Origin: an archaeon
GTDB taxonomy: Archaea > Nanobdellota > Nanobdellia > Woesearchaeales > GW2011-AR9
NCBI GenBank assembly: GCA_002688265.1
Contig: NZCK01000007.1
Coordinates: 104,739-168,738 of the forward strand
Length of the DNA: 64,000 nucleotides
Direction: 5' to 3'
A program made the position numbers and the translations under genes. Of this stretch, positions 19,417-30,126 are shown one piece after another. The notes under the pieces were generated by a model. It was not told the DNA's origin and searched no databases. It was given only the letters and a program-made list of their open reading frames with translations. Each line of letters opens with the position of its first letter. Positions within the stretch are counted from its first letter, which is position 1.

Positions 19417-21879
19417 TCAACTAAATCCCACCAAACCTTTCTGCGTAGCGCCATCTTTGGTTAACAACTCGTCTTCAGATCTGGCCACCACATGTAAAAT
19501 TGCTAAGAGTGCAGGAATTACTTGATGCTTCAAATAATAATCTACATCATAAGGATTATCAACATTGCTTGGTTGTCTTGCTCTGTTACGCACCAAACCA
19601 GAACCCTCTTGCACCACATACTCAACCAACATACCTTTGCTAACAGCAAGGCCAGACTCTTTCATCTGCCTCGCAACTGCCACATGAGGACCAATACTTT
19701 TGTAAGACTCCAAAGGTCTAGTTAACTGAGTTTTAATAATCATTTTCTCCAAAGGCACTTTATGATGCTGGATATCTTTGATTTGCTTTTTGAGATACTT
19801 CATACCATCTTCAATTTTATCAGTTAACACATACTCTAGAAATTTCTTCTGTAGCTCTTTAGCTATCTGACTAGTGTTACGCCTCACAGTCGCAAAGCCA
19901 GTAATTTTAATGTTTTTGTTTTCATCAATTAATGCGTACTTCTTCTTAGCTCCACCACTGTTACCCCTAGTCCCTACAAAGATGGCCCGAGGAAAGAAAC
20001 CCTCAAACTCTAACTCCATGGCTCCAGGTAAATCTTGGTTTACTCTATCCACGAATTCGTGAGCTTGCTCCTGCGTTTTATCTTTTAGCGCAATCATTAC
20101 ACTATCAGTGTCAGAATACACTACATGAAAACCAGCACTTGTTGCTTGCTTTATTACTTGCTTGATGTAGTTTCTCGCAAAAGCAGTGATAGAATCTGCG
20201 CCTTCAAAACTATACCACCTAGCACCATAAAACGCAAAGTAACCATAAAAACTGTTGGCTAAAATTTTAAGAGAGTAAAGTCTAGAATCAATGAAAGAAG
20301 TGTCTTGTTTTTCTTTGACTAATTTTTTTCTTTCTTTTTTTAACTTCACCCTAACATTAACTATATCAGCTAAAACCGTTGCCATCATAGATTTCGGTTC
20401 TTTATTTATGTAATAATTGCGTTCCGGAACTTTCCACGCTTGGTTCATTTTTTTTGGTTTATCTTTAGTCACTGTTTCTGCTCCAATATTGTGTGACACA
20501 ATTACTGTTGGATAAAGTGAAAGGAAATCAAAAACTACCATGTCTTTGTATAGTCCTGGTTTTGGTTCAAACACAAACGCTCCTTGAATATGTTTTTGGC
20601 GTCTCGCTGCAATGGCCTCATTACTTGGTTTATTAGGATTAATGATATTCATCTCTTCTCCTCTCTTTAGTAAGTAGGCCTCGACTAATCTACTAAAACG
20701 CATTCTGATTAAATCGTCAGGTGGAACTTGAACAATACTGCAAAATTCGGAGAGAACAGAAAAAATTTTTTTGGTGATTTCAAAAGTAAGTTTAGTGTCT
20801 TGTAAATTGTAATCTGTGTAATGATGTAAATTTTTGTTGTTGTTCCAATCATCTGCTAATTTGCTTAAATCAACTTTATGTTTTTTTTCTTTAAGAAGTT
20901 CATGCGCAACATTGTCCAAAGAATAACTGTCCAAACGCCAACTAGTGCCAAAAATATAACGAATAAATTTAAAGACATCAATATGTGGAATCCCTATGAT
21001 TCTTGCTCGTTGCCTGTGTCTTGGAAGTTGAATTGAAGTTTTGTTTTTTCCAACTTCAAAAGGCACACCTAATTTCTCTGCACGTTTTTTTATGTAAGGC
21101 AAATCAAAACCGTCGCCAAAATAAGTGGTTAACATGTCTGGATCGAATTGATCAATAATCTCAGCTGTGCGCTCTAACATTTCTTTTTCGCTGGAGAGGT
21201 GTTCAATGTCTAAGTTAGTTGTTTTAAATTTTTTATAGGTAAGAACTTTCTTTAGTATTTTGCCCTTGTCATCTTTTCCATAAAGTGCTATCATTAAAAT
21301 AGGATTCTTGTCCATATCAATTTGCATTACTTCATTATAAGTTTCAATATCGATTGCGAGCATTGTGGGATTGGTGTAACGCTGCTCTGTTTTGTGAATG
21401 AAAGATCCTGCTTCTGCTTGATACAAATGGAGCGTTATTTCTGTTTGGTCTTTAATTTGTTCAGCATCACATTCTAATTCTTGCAAAGGAGTGATTTGAT
21501 TATCAATTAAGAATCTTTGAACAGGATTAATGTCAACTTCAAATACTTCAACTTCCTTATTTTGTAACTCTTTTTCTAATTCTTTGATAGCAGAGTGTGT
21601 TGGAAGTGTAATTTTCAAGAATTCTTCTGTATTAGCAAATAAACGCTTTTTTACTTTCTTAGATTTAAGTTTTTTCTCTTTTAGTAAGTTTAGTAATTGT
21701 TTCTCATCAATCCCTTTTAATCTTAAAAAGCAGTAAGAATTGTGAGGGGCTTTGATGCATAATTTTTTTGTATATTTTGTTTTTTGAGTTTTTATTTCTC
21801 TTCCAAAAATATATACATAACCTTGATTATCTTGTTCAAAGTATTCAAAATCTAGTGGAAAAAAGCTTAATTTGGCCAT
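19417..21879 (-). CDS. polB: Family B DNA polymerase
   Basis: Exo DIET, FDLPY, YN.QD; Pol DFLSLYP, KILANSFYGY, YSDTDS. Confidence 0.96.
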   Translation of the reverse strand: MAKLSFFPLDFEYFEQDNQGYVYIFGREIKTQKTKYTKKLCIKAPHNSYCFLRLKGIDEKQLLNLLKEKKLKSKKVKKRLFANTEEFLKITLPTHSAIKELEKELQNKEVEVFEVDINPVQRFLIDNQITPLQELECDAEQIKDQTEITLHLYQAEAGSFIHKTEQRYTNPTMLAIDIETYNEVMQIDMDKNPILMIALYGKDDKGKILKKVLTYKKFKTTNLDIEHLSSEKEMLERTAEIIDQFDPDMLTTYFGDGFDLPYIKKRAEKLGVPFEVGKNKTSIQLPRHRQRARIIGIPHIDVFKFIRYIFGTSWRLDSYSLDNVAHELLKEKKHKVDLSKLADDWNNNKNLHHYTDYNLQDTKLTFEITKKIFSVLSEFCSIVQVPPDDLIRMRFSRLVEAYLLKRGEEMNIINPNKPSNEAIAARRQKHIQGAFVFEPKPGLYKDMVVFDFLSLYPTVIVSHNIGAETVTKDKPKKMNQAWKVPERNYYINKEPKSMMATVLADIVNVRVKLKKERKKLVKEKQDTSFIDSRLYSLKILANSFYGYFAFYGARWYSFEGADSITAFARNYIKQVIKQATSAGFHVVYSDTDSVMIALKDKTQEQAHEFVDRVNQDLPGAMELEFEGFFPRAIFVGTRGNSGGAKKKYALIDENKNIKITGFATVRRNTSQIAKELQKKFLEYVLTDKIEDGMKYLKKQIKDIQHHKVPLEKMIIKTQLTRPLESYKSIGPHVAVARQMKESGLAVSKGMLVEYVVQEGSGLVRNRARQPSNVDNPYDVDYYLKHQVIPALLAILHVVARSEDELLTKDGATQKGLVGFS

Positions 21880-22099
21880 AAAATGCTATAAGTAGTTATT
21901 GCTATTAAAGTTTGTGGGAATGTGTCCAGTGGGAGTGCGACATACAATTGTTTAAAAAAATTGATTTGTTTTTGAATTTTCTACTAAACATTTAAATAAA
22001 AACAGCTCTTCAGCCAGTTAAGAATTTGTGGTGTATTAAAGTAAATTAATAAATTGTAAGGGAAGATATCAAAAATACCACAATTAAGGAAATTTTATT

Positions 22100-23929
22100 A
22101 TGACAAATGATACACATGAAGGACTAGAATCAATGCTTTTGATAACTAGCGAGTTATTTGATAATTCTCACCTAGGTCATTTGAACCCACCAGATTATTT
22201 GCCGAGCGATGGACATTTAGATGCTATTGTCGATGATAACCTAGCTACAGATCAAGCTATTCTGATATCAGACTTTTATGATGAAATATTAGCAGGAGTT
22301 AATTCAAAAGTAAAACTTGACTCCATAAAAACCAAATATCAAGGAAGTGGTGTTGCAGGATTTGATGATTTTTTAGACAAGATGGGCTATGCTTGGTCTT
22401 GGGAAAAACGAATTGATGTACTGGAAGACTTCCAGAAAACTGTTCTGGATCAATTTAAGGTCGAAGAATCACAAACATTAACGGCATCTGAAGGATATTC
22501 TGATCTCACAGAATTGTTAGATATTTCAAATACTAATGCTTTGAAAAAAATTGAAGATAAAGGTTTTAGTTATATTGTTAATGCAGAAAAAGTCCATAGT
22601 AGATTAACTAAACTAGATAATTTCTACAATGAACAACAAACACAAATTGAAGGAATAAAAAACTCTGAAAAAAGGCTATCAAGTACTTCTGAAAATTTAG
22701 AATCCACCAAAGGTCCGAGAATAGATGTTGATAAGGCACTAGTAGAAACAAATAGAACACTAGATGCAATATTTGCTGAAACACCAGAAACATTTGAAGA
22801 AACAGTTATTCCAGAACCAGTTGAAGATGTTGTCGAACAAGATACTTTTCAAATGAGAGAATATGTTGGTGTTCCAAAGTCTCACTGGGATGTTGCTGAT
22901 GAAGTTTTTAATCTGTTTGAATACTTAGCAAGAGTTGTTAACCCAGTTGAAGAATGCAATGACTATCTTACAAAAAGATCGCGGGAATTAATAGACCTGG
23001 GATGGTCTAAAGAATCTAAACTAGGAGATTGGTACTCAGACGCATTGTCATCTGCAGTTCATTTTGCAAAACAAAGTGGGACCGTAATTAAAGATAGTTT
23101 TGCACCAAGTGGAATACGAAGGGGAGAACCAACATTTTACTCCTCAGAATTAGATTCAATTGAAACTATAACAATGGATTTTCTTGCACCAATTTTGGGT
23201 TTTGAAGAAATACGAGACTCTGAGTTAGAAGAAGAAAAGTCTTCAACGTTAACTTTGGTGCCTGGTCAAGTTGTAAGTGCTAGATTAGAAGAATTGGATA
23301 AATATGGTCCAGAAATTCCCGTTGAAAAAATATTAAAGAGAGGAACACCAAGAGTTAATTTTGGCGTAATTGGAAAAGCAGTTAATGTTGCTGCAGCAAT
23401 TCTCTCTGTAGGTATTATTGGAGCAGTAGTAGCATTTTATTTTAATGAAGTTGGGCCTCGCCTAGATGAAAGAACTATTACTCTTGAAGGCACAGAACTC
23501 TTAATGGGGAACATTAGTAATTCTGTGAATGGACATACTCCTGTTCCACCAGATACAAATCCACTTGGAGTAAGCAGCCAAGATGCAAATTATGATGAAT
23601 CGCCTGCTTACCAATTTATGGCAAGAATTGGTGAAGAAGATTTCTTGTATAATGATCTTGGAGAGATTCCTGTTGGGATGACTCAAAAAGAATTTCAAGC
23701 ACAAGGGTTTCCTGATTATGTAGTGCCACCAACAATATTTGATACTGGAATTGGTCTTGATTCAGCACAAGTTATGGATTTAGGTGAAAGAAGTTATGCT
23801 ACCCTAGCGCCTAGAGATACTGCCCAAATAGTAACAGAGAAAAAAGGTTTAGGTGTAGATGATTTTACTCTAGATTATGCTAAGATGTTAGATGAATTAG
23901 GAGACGGCGTTGTAGATATGCAGATTTGA
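22100..23929 (+). CDS. Acidic hypothetical protein with one TM helix
   Basis: 609-aa ORF, hydrophobic segment near aa 428-447. Confidence 0.65.
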   Translation: MTNDTHEGLESMLLITSELFDNSHLGHLNPPDYLPSDGHLDAIVDDNLATDQAILISDFYDEILAGVNSKVKLDSIKTKYQGSGVAGFDDFLDKMGYAWSWEKRIDVLEDFQKTVLDQFKVEESQTLTASEGYSDLTELLDISNTNALKKIEDKGFSYIVNAEKVHSRLTKLDNFYNEQQTQIEGIKNSEKRLSSTSENLESTKGPRIDVDKALVETNRTLDAIFAETPETFEETVIPEPVEDVVEQDTFQMREYVGVPKSHWDVADEVFNLFEYLARVVNPVEECNDYLTKRSRELIDLGWSKESKLGDWYSDALSSAVHFAKQSGTVIKDSFAPSGIRRGEPTFYSSELDSIETITMDFLAPILGFEEIRDSELEEEKSSTLTLVPGQVVSARLEELDKYGPEIPVEKILKRGTPRVNFGVIGKAVNVAAAILSVGIIGAVVAFYFNEVGPRLDERTITLEGTELLMGNISNSVNGHTPVPPDTNPLGVSSQDANYDESPAYQFMARIGEEDFLYNDLGEIPVGMTQKEFQAQGFPDYVVPPTIFDTGIGLDSAQVMDLGERSYATLAPRDTAQIVTEKKGLGVDDFTLDYAKMLDELGDGVVDMQI

Positions 23930-24034
23930 TTTTATAATTAGATCTTCTGTTTTTCCGATAAATTTAAAAAGAAATCCGGCAATGATGGACTATAAACAGA
24001 AGTGGGTGGCATTTCTGATTCTCAAGGTGTCTAA

Positions 24035-24664
24035 ATGGAAAAGATGTTAAAAACAGGAACAACAACAGTTGGAATTAAATGTAAAGATGGAATCGTTCTG
24101 GCAGCAGACCGAAGAGCAACAGCTGGAAACTTAATTGTAGATAAAAGAGCACAAAAAGTTCACAAGCTTTCAGATTATTTTGCAGTTACTATCGCAGGAT
24201 CAGTCTCTGAAGCACAACTCTTAATCAAACTAATCAAAGCAGAATTGAAACTAAAAGAAATGCGAACCGGAAAATTTCCAACCGCAAAAGAAGCCGCTAA
24301 CCTCCTTGGAGGACTGTTATACTCAAGCATCCGCAGAATGAGCATGATGCCAGCTGTCGCACACTTCTTGATGGGAGCCCGCGACAAGAATGGAGTGCAC
24401 CTCTATGATCTATTCCCAGATGGTAGTGTAACTGAAGTTCCAGACTATGTTTCCTCAGGATCAGGGTCAGTATTTGCTTATGGAGTATTTGAAAGTCAAT
24501 ACAGTAAAGAAATTACTGTCAAAGAAGGGATTGCACTGGCTACAACAGCAATTAACGCTGCTTTACAACGAGACACTTATTCAGGAAATGGGATTGAAGT
24601 TGCAATAGTAAGACACGAATCTGTTGAAAAAGTAGAAGTTAGAGAATTAAAATACAGTCTTTGA
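24035..24664 (+). CDS. psmB: Proteasome beta subunit
   Basis: KTG-TTTVG, AADRRAT, GSGS. Confidence 0.97.
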   Translation: MEKMLKTGTTTVGIKCKDGIVLAADRRATAGNLIVDKRAQKVHKLSDYFAVTIAGSVSEAQLLIKLIKAELKLKEMRTGKFPTAKEAANLLGGLLYSSIRRMSMMPAVAHFLMGARDKNGVHLYDLFPDGSVTEVPDYVSSGSGSVFAYGVFESQYSKEITVKEGIALATTAINAALQRDTYSGNGIEVAIVRHESVEKVEVRELKYSL

Positions 24665-24818
24665 AATTAAAAAAATAAAGATTGATTATAAGAATAAATT
24701 ATGGTAAGGTCATTCTTTTCTGATCTGCCTTTTGTTTCCTTTTGAAATTTAAAAAAAAAAAGGAACAAACAACGCTAGAACAGCACAAACAAAAAATTAA
24801 AACAATAGGTAAAAAACA

Positions 24819-26711
24819 ATGGGAGATATTCTAAAGGAAATTGTAGAAAAATTGCCATCAAAAATTATTTCTGAGGCAACATTTGAAGCAGCAAACATCG
24901 TACTGTACACTAAAGACAAAGAATTTTTCTTGGACAACAAAGGGAAAATTCGAGAACTGGTGAAGGAGTTTAAAAAACGAATTGAACTTCGGCCGGACCC
25001 CTCTATTTGTCTGACACAAGAAGATACTGAAATAGCTTTAAAGAAAATTATTCCAAAAGAAGCAGGATTACAAAACTTGATTTTTGATCCTCCCCGTTCC
25101 ATTGTAACTATTCACGCTGACAAACCAGGCTTAATCATAGGAAAAGCAGGAGATGTTCTCAAAAACATCAAAGAAAAAACAATGTGGGTACCTGAAGTTA
25201 AAAGAATGCCACCTATTCGCAGCAAACTTATCGAAAGCATACGTTCTGTTCTCTATGAAAACGCAGATTATCGAAAAAAATTCTTAGCCAAAACAGGCCA
25301 CAGAGTATATGACGGTTGGCTCCGTACCAAAAAACATGAATGGGTACGCTTGACTTTCTTAGGAGCTGGTAGACAAGTTGGACGAAGTTGCCTGTATCTG
25401 CAGACCCCAGAATCACGAGTAATTCTTGATTGCGGTATTGACCCTGGACAAGATGACGGACCAGAATCATACCCGTTCTTAGATGCACCAGAATTTAACA
25501 TCAGTGAATTAGATGCTGTGATTTTATCTCATTCCCACTTAGATCATAGCGGCTTAGTTCCTTATTTGTTTAAGTATGGTTATCGAGGACCAGTGTATTG
25601 CACTGCGCCAACCAGAGATGTATCTGCTTTGTTACAATTAGATATGATCAAAATTCAACGTAGTGAAGGGAAAGACGGGATCTACACTAGCGAAGATGTG
25701 AAAAATTTTGTTTTACATTGTGTTGTTGTACCATGGGAAACTGTAACTGATATTACACCAGACGTACGATTAACGTTTTACAACTCAGGGCATATTTTAG
25801 GTAGTTCTGTTACACATCTTAACATTGGAAATGGATTACATAACTTAGTTTATACAGCTGATATGAAATATGGAAAAACTAATGTTTTAGCACCAACACA
25901 TTCACAATTTCCAAGAGTTGAGACACTAATTGTAGAAGCGACTTACGGTGGGCGCAGTAATGTGATGGCTGAAAAAGATGCCAACGATATGACTGCCAAG
26001 ATAATTAAAGACACTTTTGATAGAGGTGGAAAAGTATTGATGCCAGTATTAGGTTCTGGTCGAGCTCAAGAAGTGATGGTGATTGTAGAGAAATTAATGA
26101 GTGAAGGAAAAATCCCCGCTGCACCAGTTTACATTGATGGGATGCTCTGGGATATTTCAGCTATTCACACTGCTTACCCAGAATTTCTAAACCGCGAAAT
26201 CCGAGATAGAATTTTTCACAAAGAAAACAATCCTTTCTTATCTGATATTTTTATCCGAATAGGATCCAATAAAGAGAGAAAAGAAGTAATTATGAAAGAT
26301 GAAGCTTGTTTGATTCTAGCTACTTCAGGAATGCTAACTGGAGGACCATCAGTTGAATATTTGAAGGGCCTTGCTGAAGGGAAAAAGAATAGTTTAGTGT
26401 TCTCATGTTACCAACCAAAAGGAAGTTTAGGACACCGAATTCGAGAAGGAGATAAAGAAATTAGTTTCCGTGAAAATAGCAAAATGCAAATTCTAAAAAT
26501 TAACATGGAAGTGCATAAAATTGAGATTACTAATCACAGTGATAGGCGACAATTGATGAACTACATAAAACGTTGTAAACCGCAACCACGTAAAGTAATT
26601 GTACAACATGGCGAAGTTAGTCGATGTTTAGATTTGGCATCTTCAATACATAAGCAATATCGGATTGAAACTACTGTGCCAAAGAATCTAGAAGCTATTA
26701 GGCTTAGGTAG
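24819..26711 (+). CDS. fttA: aCPSF1 / FttA beta-CASP ribonuclease with KH domains
   Basis: KPGLIIGK.G, VGRSC, HSHLDH, GHILGS; follows psmB. Confidence 0.95.
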   Translation: MGDILKEIVEKLPSKIISEATFEAANIVLYTKDKEFFLDNKGKIRELVKEFKKRIELRPDPSICLTQEDTEIALKKIIPKEAGLQNLIFDPPRSIVTIHADKPGLIIGKAGDVLKNIKEKTMWVPEVKRMPPIRSKLIESIRSVLYENADYRKKFLAKTGHRVYDGWLRTKKHEWVRLTFLGAGRQVGRSCLYLQTPESRVILDCGIDPGQDDGPESYPFLDAPEFNISELDAVILSHSHLDHSGLVPYLFKYGYRGPVYCTAPTRDVSALLQLDMIKIQRSEGKDGIYTSEDVKNFVLHCVVVPWETVTDITPDVRLTFYNSGHILGSSVTHLNIGNGLHNLVYTADMKYGKTNVLAPTHSQFPRVETLIVEATYGGRSNVMAEKDANDMTAKIIKDTFDRGGKVLMPVLGSGRAQEVMVIVEKLMSEGKIPAAPVYIDGMLWDISAIHTAYPEFLNREIRDRIFHKENNPFLSDIFIRIGSNKERKEVIMKDEACLILATSGMLTGGPSVEYLKGLAEGKKNSLVFSCYQPKGSLGHRIREGDKEISFRENSKMQILKINMEVHKIEITNHSDRRQLMNYIKRCKPQPRKVIVQHGEVSRCLDLASSIHKQYRIETTVPKNLEAIRLR

Positions 26712-26754
26712 AGTTTTTTGTTGTTGTCTTAACTTTCTTTTTATTATTATTTTC

Positions 26755-27789
26755 TTACTCTGTCTTCTTCAAAACCGTTACAGTTCCCTGATTTGTATTT
26801 ACTTCTACTAAATCACCACTCTTCAAAAGCTCTGTTGCAAACTTGGTTCCAACGATACAAGAAACATGCATCTCCCTTGATACAATCGCTGCATGACAAG
26901 TAATCCCTCCTTCATCAGTAACTATTGCAGATGCTTTTTCCATTGCTGGAACAAAATCAGGTGTAGTCATTGGACTAACAAGGATCTCCCCATCAAGTAA
27001 TTCATGGACTTGAGATTTTCTTCGGATGATTCTAACTCTTCCTTGGACGATTTTATTTTTTCCTTGTGAAGCTATTTGTCCTCTAAGAATTCCTTCTTTT
27101 TCTTCCTCATTTGGTTTTTCAATTATGAAATTATATTCTGGATTTCGCTTTGTAAACCCTTCTAAAGAGATTGTTTCTAAGAATTGTGTGGGAATGAAAA
27201 TTGACTCATTAAACCTCTGCTGAAGTGTTTCTCTTTCTGGCATCTCCTCCAAATCTTTTGTTTCAACTACTAGTTCGAAACCTTTAGCAGAAGGATGAAT
27301 ACTTGCAATTGATTGTTTGATTACTTTTTCGCAGACGTCGTATAGTTCATCATGTTCTCGCCAAGCTAAGGCCTTGTCACGAATTTCCTTTGGTGTGCGC
27401 TCATCACAAGCTGTGTAATAAAGAATTACGAATAATCTTGAAGCTTCTTTAAAATGTTTAATCATCTCTTTAAGTTCAATTAAGTTAAGTGTTCCTTTCT
27501 GCTCGAATGGATGAAGTTTTTTGTGAATTTCTTGATATTCATTTAGGCAGTTATTGAAAAATTCTGGCCCTTCTTTGTTTAGCTTCAGAAGAGAATTTTT
27601 AACCCATGCAAAAGCTGCGTCTTGTTCCCAAATTTCGTTGGCACCATCAACAATATGATAAATTAATGTTGGAGAATGGGGATTGATTAATCCAGTGGTC
27701 TTTTCTAAACCAGTATCGAATGCTGCACTCCAAACTTCTTGAACAATGAAGCCATTGTCTCTAGTCATAGTTTTTTGGTAAGTTTTCAT
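26755..27789 (-). CDS. PEP-utilising enzyme mobile (phospho-His) domain protein
   Basis: C-terminal ILV..MTTPD...A.AIVTDEGGITCHAAIVSRE; no ATP-grasp domain evident. Confidence 0.85.
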   Translation of the reverse strand: MKTYQKTMTRDNGFIVQEVWSAAFDTGLEKTTGLINPHSPTLIYHIVDGANEIWEQDAAFAWVKNSLLKLNKEGPEFFNNCLNEYQEIHKKLHPFEQKGTLNLIELKEMIKHFKEASRLFVILYYTACDERTPKEIRDKALAWREHDELYDVCEKVIKQSIASIHPSAKGFELVVETKDLEEMPERETLQQRFNESIFIPTQFLETISLEGFTKRNPEYNFIIEKPNEEEKEGILRGQIASQGKNKIVQGRVRIIRRKSQVHELLDGEILVSPMTTPDFVPAMEKASAIVTDEGGITCHAAIVSREMHVSCIVGTKFATELLKSGDLVEVNTNQGTVTVLKKTE

Positions 27790-27837
27790 TGTATCTTTGA
27801 TAGAGAGCAGTTTTTAATAAATTAATTGCTCCTTAAT

Positions 27838-28191
27838 CTACAACAACTTCAACTTAGCTGTCAGAAAATCAATTTTGTGTTCGTCATCTGGACCAATACC
27901 TACACAAGTCTTAGTGCCTGGTTCCACTACAGTGTGGCCAGCATCAGTGATTAAAGAAGCTGTGATACCATCATCTTTGGCTTTTTGAAAATAAGAAAGA
28001 AGTTGTTTTTCGTTGTCTACTTTCAAAACAATTTTGGCCATACCTTGGCTACGCCATTCTCTTACTATCGCTGCGTCTGATCTTAAAGTTGCTTCAACAG
28101 AGGCGTGAGCTGCCTGAGCCGCTAGTTTCCCTCGAGGGAGCTTTAAATCATTTCTTACCAAAATTACTTGTTTTAGAGTGTAGTTTGACAT
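27838..28191 (-). CDS. pth2: Peptidyl-tRNA hydrolase Pth2
   Basis: KQVILVR.DL...GKLAAQ.AHA, DAG.T..PGT.T..GIGP. Confidence 0.95.
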   Translation of the reverse strand: MSNYTLKQVILVRNDLKLPRGKLAAQAAHASVEATLRSDAAIVREWRSQGMAKIVLKVDNEKQLLSYFQKAKDDGITASLITDAGHTVVEPGTKTCVGIGPDDEHKIDFLTAKLKLL

Positions 28192-28242
28192 GTAATATTG
28201 GTTAAGGAGAATTTGTTAATAAAGGTTTGGGGAAAATTTAAA

Positions 28243-28416
28243 ATTTGTTTATTACGGCTTCGAAATTCTTTGAATTTCTCGGAACACTGCCAACTCACAC
28301 TTCACTAGAAGAATCTGACAGTCGGCCACCCTGTAAGGGACTTCCCCCGGCCTCCTTGAAAAGAGGATAATATTAGTGCTCGTTATTGGCAGTGTGTTCG
28401 CCCGTAATAAACAAAT
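28243..28416. other. GC-rich fold-back intergenic element
   Basis: 15-bp perfect terminal IR ATTTGTTTATTACGG; inner GAAC-ACTGCCAA/TTGGCAGT-GT-GTTC; GAAATTC-ttt-GAATTTC hairpin. Confidence 0.8.
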
Positions 28417-28449
28417 AGAATAAATTTGAAATTAAAAAATAATAAAAAA

Positions 28450-29226
28450 TTACCAGTGTTGTTCAACCATAGATTGAAAGTGCTTAGCAAAATAAGGCGC
28501 CTCAACCCAAACTGCACTATCATAACTTGGATGAGTACTCTCATCAGTCATCATCATAGTCAAAGATTTGCCGTCAACAACACAATAACGTGAATCAGCA
28601 ACTTTAGTTTCTTTAACATTTGCAATTTCAGAAAAACGCTTAATTAATTTTTTATTAGTTCCAGTTGGAACAGCAATATTAATAGAAACTCCACGAGATT
28701 TAGCTTTTTTCAATTGAGTTAAAAGACTTGCTTCTTTCCTTTGCAAACCATCGCCTGTAGTCATTAAATGAACAGACTTTTTTGCTCCTTTCAATAACAT
28801 ATTCAAATGATCATATACTTTCTCTCGGCCCCTAAAAGAAGCTGATTTATCAGTTGGATCAACTAAACGTACACCAACATTATGCAAAGAATCTAACTCA
28901 GTTAGAACTTCACTATTTTTTAATTTTGATAAGGATCTGTTTTTTTGCTCAGCATCAAACATTACACGCTTTTTTACACGCTCAACTACTTCAGCTGGAG
29001 GAACGGCCAAGTACTTGATAGGTTTTCCTATTTTAACAACAATGAATCCTTTCTTCTCAAGACTCTCAAGAACATCATAGGTACGAGACCTTGGTACATT
29101 TGAAATGTCTGATAATTCTCCTGCTGTTGATACACCACGGCTAAGCAAAGCTACCCATAGTTTACTCTCATAGGAATTAAGACCAAAGTCCTTTAATTTT
29201 CCTAGTAATTCTTGTCCTACAATCAT
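28450..29226 (-). CDS. TrmB-family regulator (TrmBL2-like)
   Basis: FGLNSYESK, VPRSRTYDVLESLEKKG. Confidence 0.9.
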   Translation of the reverse strand: MIVGQELLGKLKDFGLNSYESKLWVALLSRGVSTAGELSDISNVPRSRTYDVLESLEKKGFIVVKIGKPIKYLAVPPAEVVERVKKRVMFDAEQKNRSLSKLKNSEVLTELDSLHNVGVRLVDPTDKSASFRGREKVYDHLNMLLKGAKKSVHLMTTGDGLQRKEASLLTQLKKAKSRGVSINIAVPTGTNKKLIKRFSEIANVKETKVADSRYCVVDGKSLTMMMTDESTHPSYDSAVWVEAPYFAKHFQSMVEQHW

Positions 29227-29334
29227 TTTGTAATCCTCCCGTAATATTAATGCTCAAAATCCACTGATTATTGTTATCAATACGTAATGACTACTAGGGT
29301 TTGAACTTATTTATAAATGTTTTGGTTTATTTTC

Positions 29335-29346
29335 TACTAAAAAGTA
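29335..29346. promoter_or_regulatory. TACT-N4-AGTA site 17 bp upstream of the trmB TATA box
   Basis: Same motif and spacing at 43-54 and 38762-38773. Confidence 0.55.
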
Positions 29347-29409
29347 ACAACAAATGCGCTTTGGTGTTTTCATTTATATTGAAAATTAAGAACAATTAAG
29401 GCTTTTTAC

Positions 29410-29721
29410 TCACTTATAAGGCCCATCAACTGTGAAAACCCTAGAGTTCTCGACGAGAAATAGTTTAGCTCTGGCACCAGCATCAAGCCAACCATGAGCA
29501 TAATTAATGGCAGCAAAGGCTAAAACCCAATCTTGCTTTTGGTCCCTAAAATGTAGTGCATCATTATAATAGCACTCTGCCATATTCAGAAAATCTTTTG
29601 CTAAAGCGTGTTTTTTTGGATTTTCATTATTGAGCTTGGTTTTGGCCATATCAAGACCTTCTTTAGTAATAGAGAAGTATTTGTCCAATTTTTCTTTTGT
29701 GATTTGGGTGTTTGCTGCCAT
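29410..29721 (-). CDS. DUF357 family protein
   Basis: MAECYY.DA.HF...AFAAINYAHGWLDAG. Confidence 0.9.
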   Translation of the reverse strand: MAANTQITKEKLDKYFSITKEGLDMAKTKLNNENPKKHALAKDFLNMAECYYNDALHFRDQKQDWVLAFAAINYAHGWLDAGARAKLFLVENSRVFTVDGPYK

Positions 29722-29786
29722 TTTGAGTTATTTTGAATGAAAGTTAGAATGATTATTTTTTTTAAAAAAGAGAAATTAAAAGAAAT

Positions 29787-30032
29787 TTATTGACCAGGCA
29801 CTGGTCTTCTTACTGTTATTGGTAAAACTCCTTCTTGGAATTCATGCAGAGCAATTCGCACTGGATTGTACTGCAAAACTGCTAAGGCTTTTTGATCCAT
29901 TTTCAATAAAAATGGGGCGCCCATAGATAGTTGTAGAGCCCTTGACCCTACCATTCGAGCTTTCTCATATTTACTAAAGTCATCTGCATTAAAGTGATCT
30001 TCTGATTTTTTTGCTGATTTTTTTGCTGCCAT
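29787..30032 (-). CDS. rpoK: RNA polymerase subunit Rpo6/K
   Basis: KYEKAR.VGSRALQLSMGAP, LPITVRR. Confidence 0.95.
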   Translation of the reverse strand: MAAKKSAKKSEDHFNADDFSKYEKARMVGSRALQLSMGAPFLLKMDQKALAVLQYNPVRIALHEFQEGVLPITVRRPVPGQ

Positions 30033-30126
30033 AGTGATATCCTCTGTTTTGCTTGCTGTTTTTAAGCTTATTGATAATTTTGTTTAAAAAAGAAAAATAA
30101 AAAAGAAAAAATAAGGTAATAATTAC

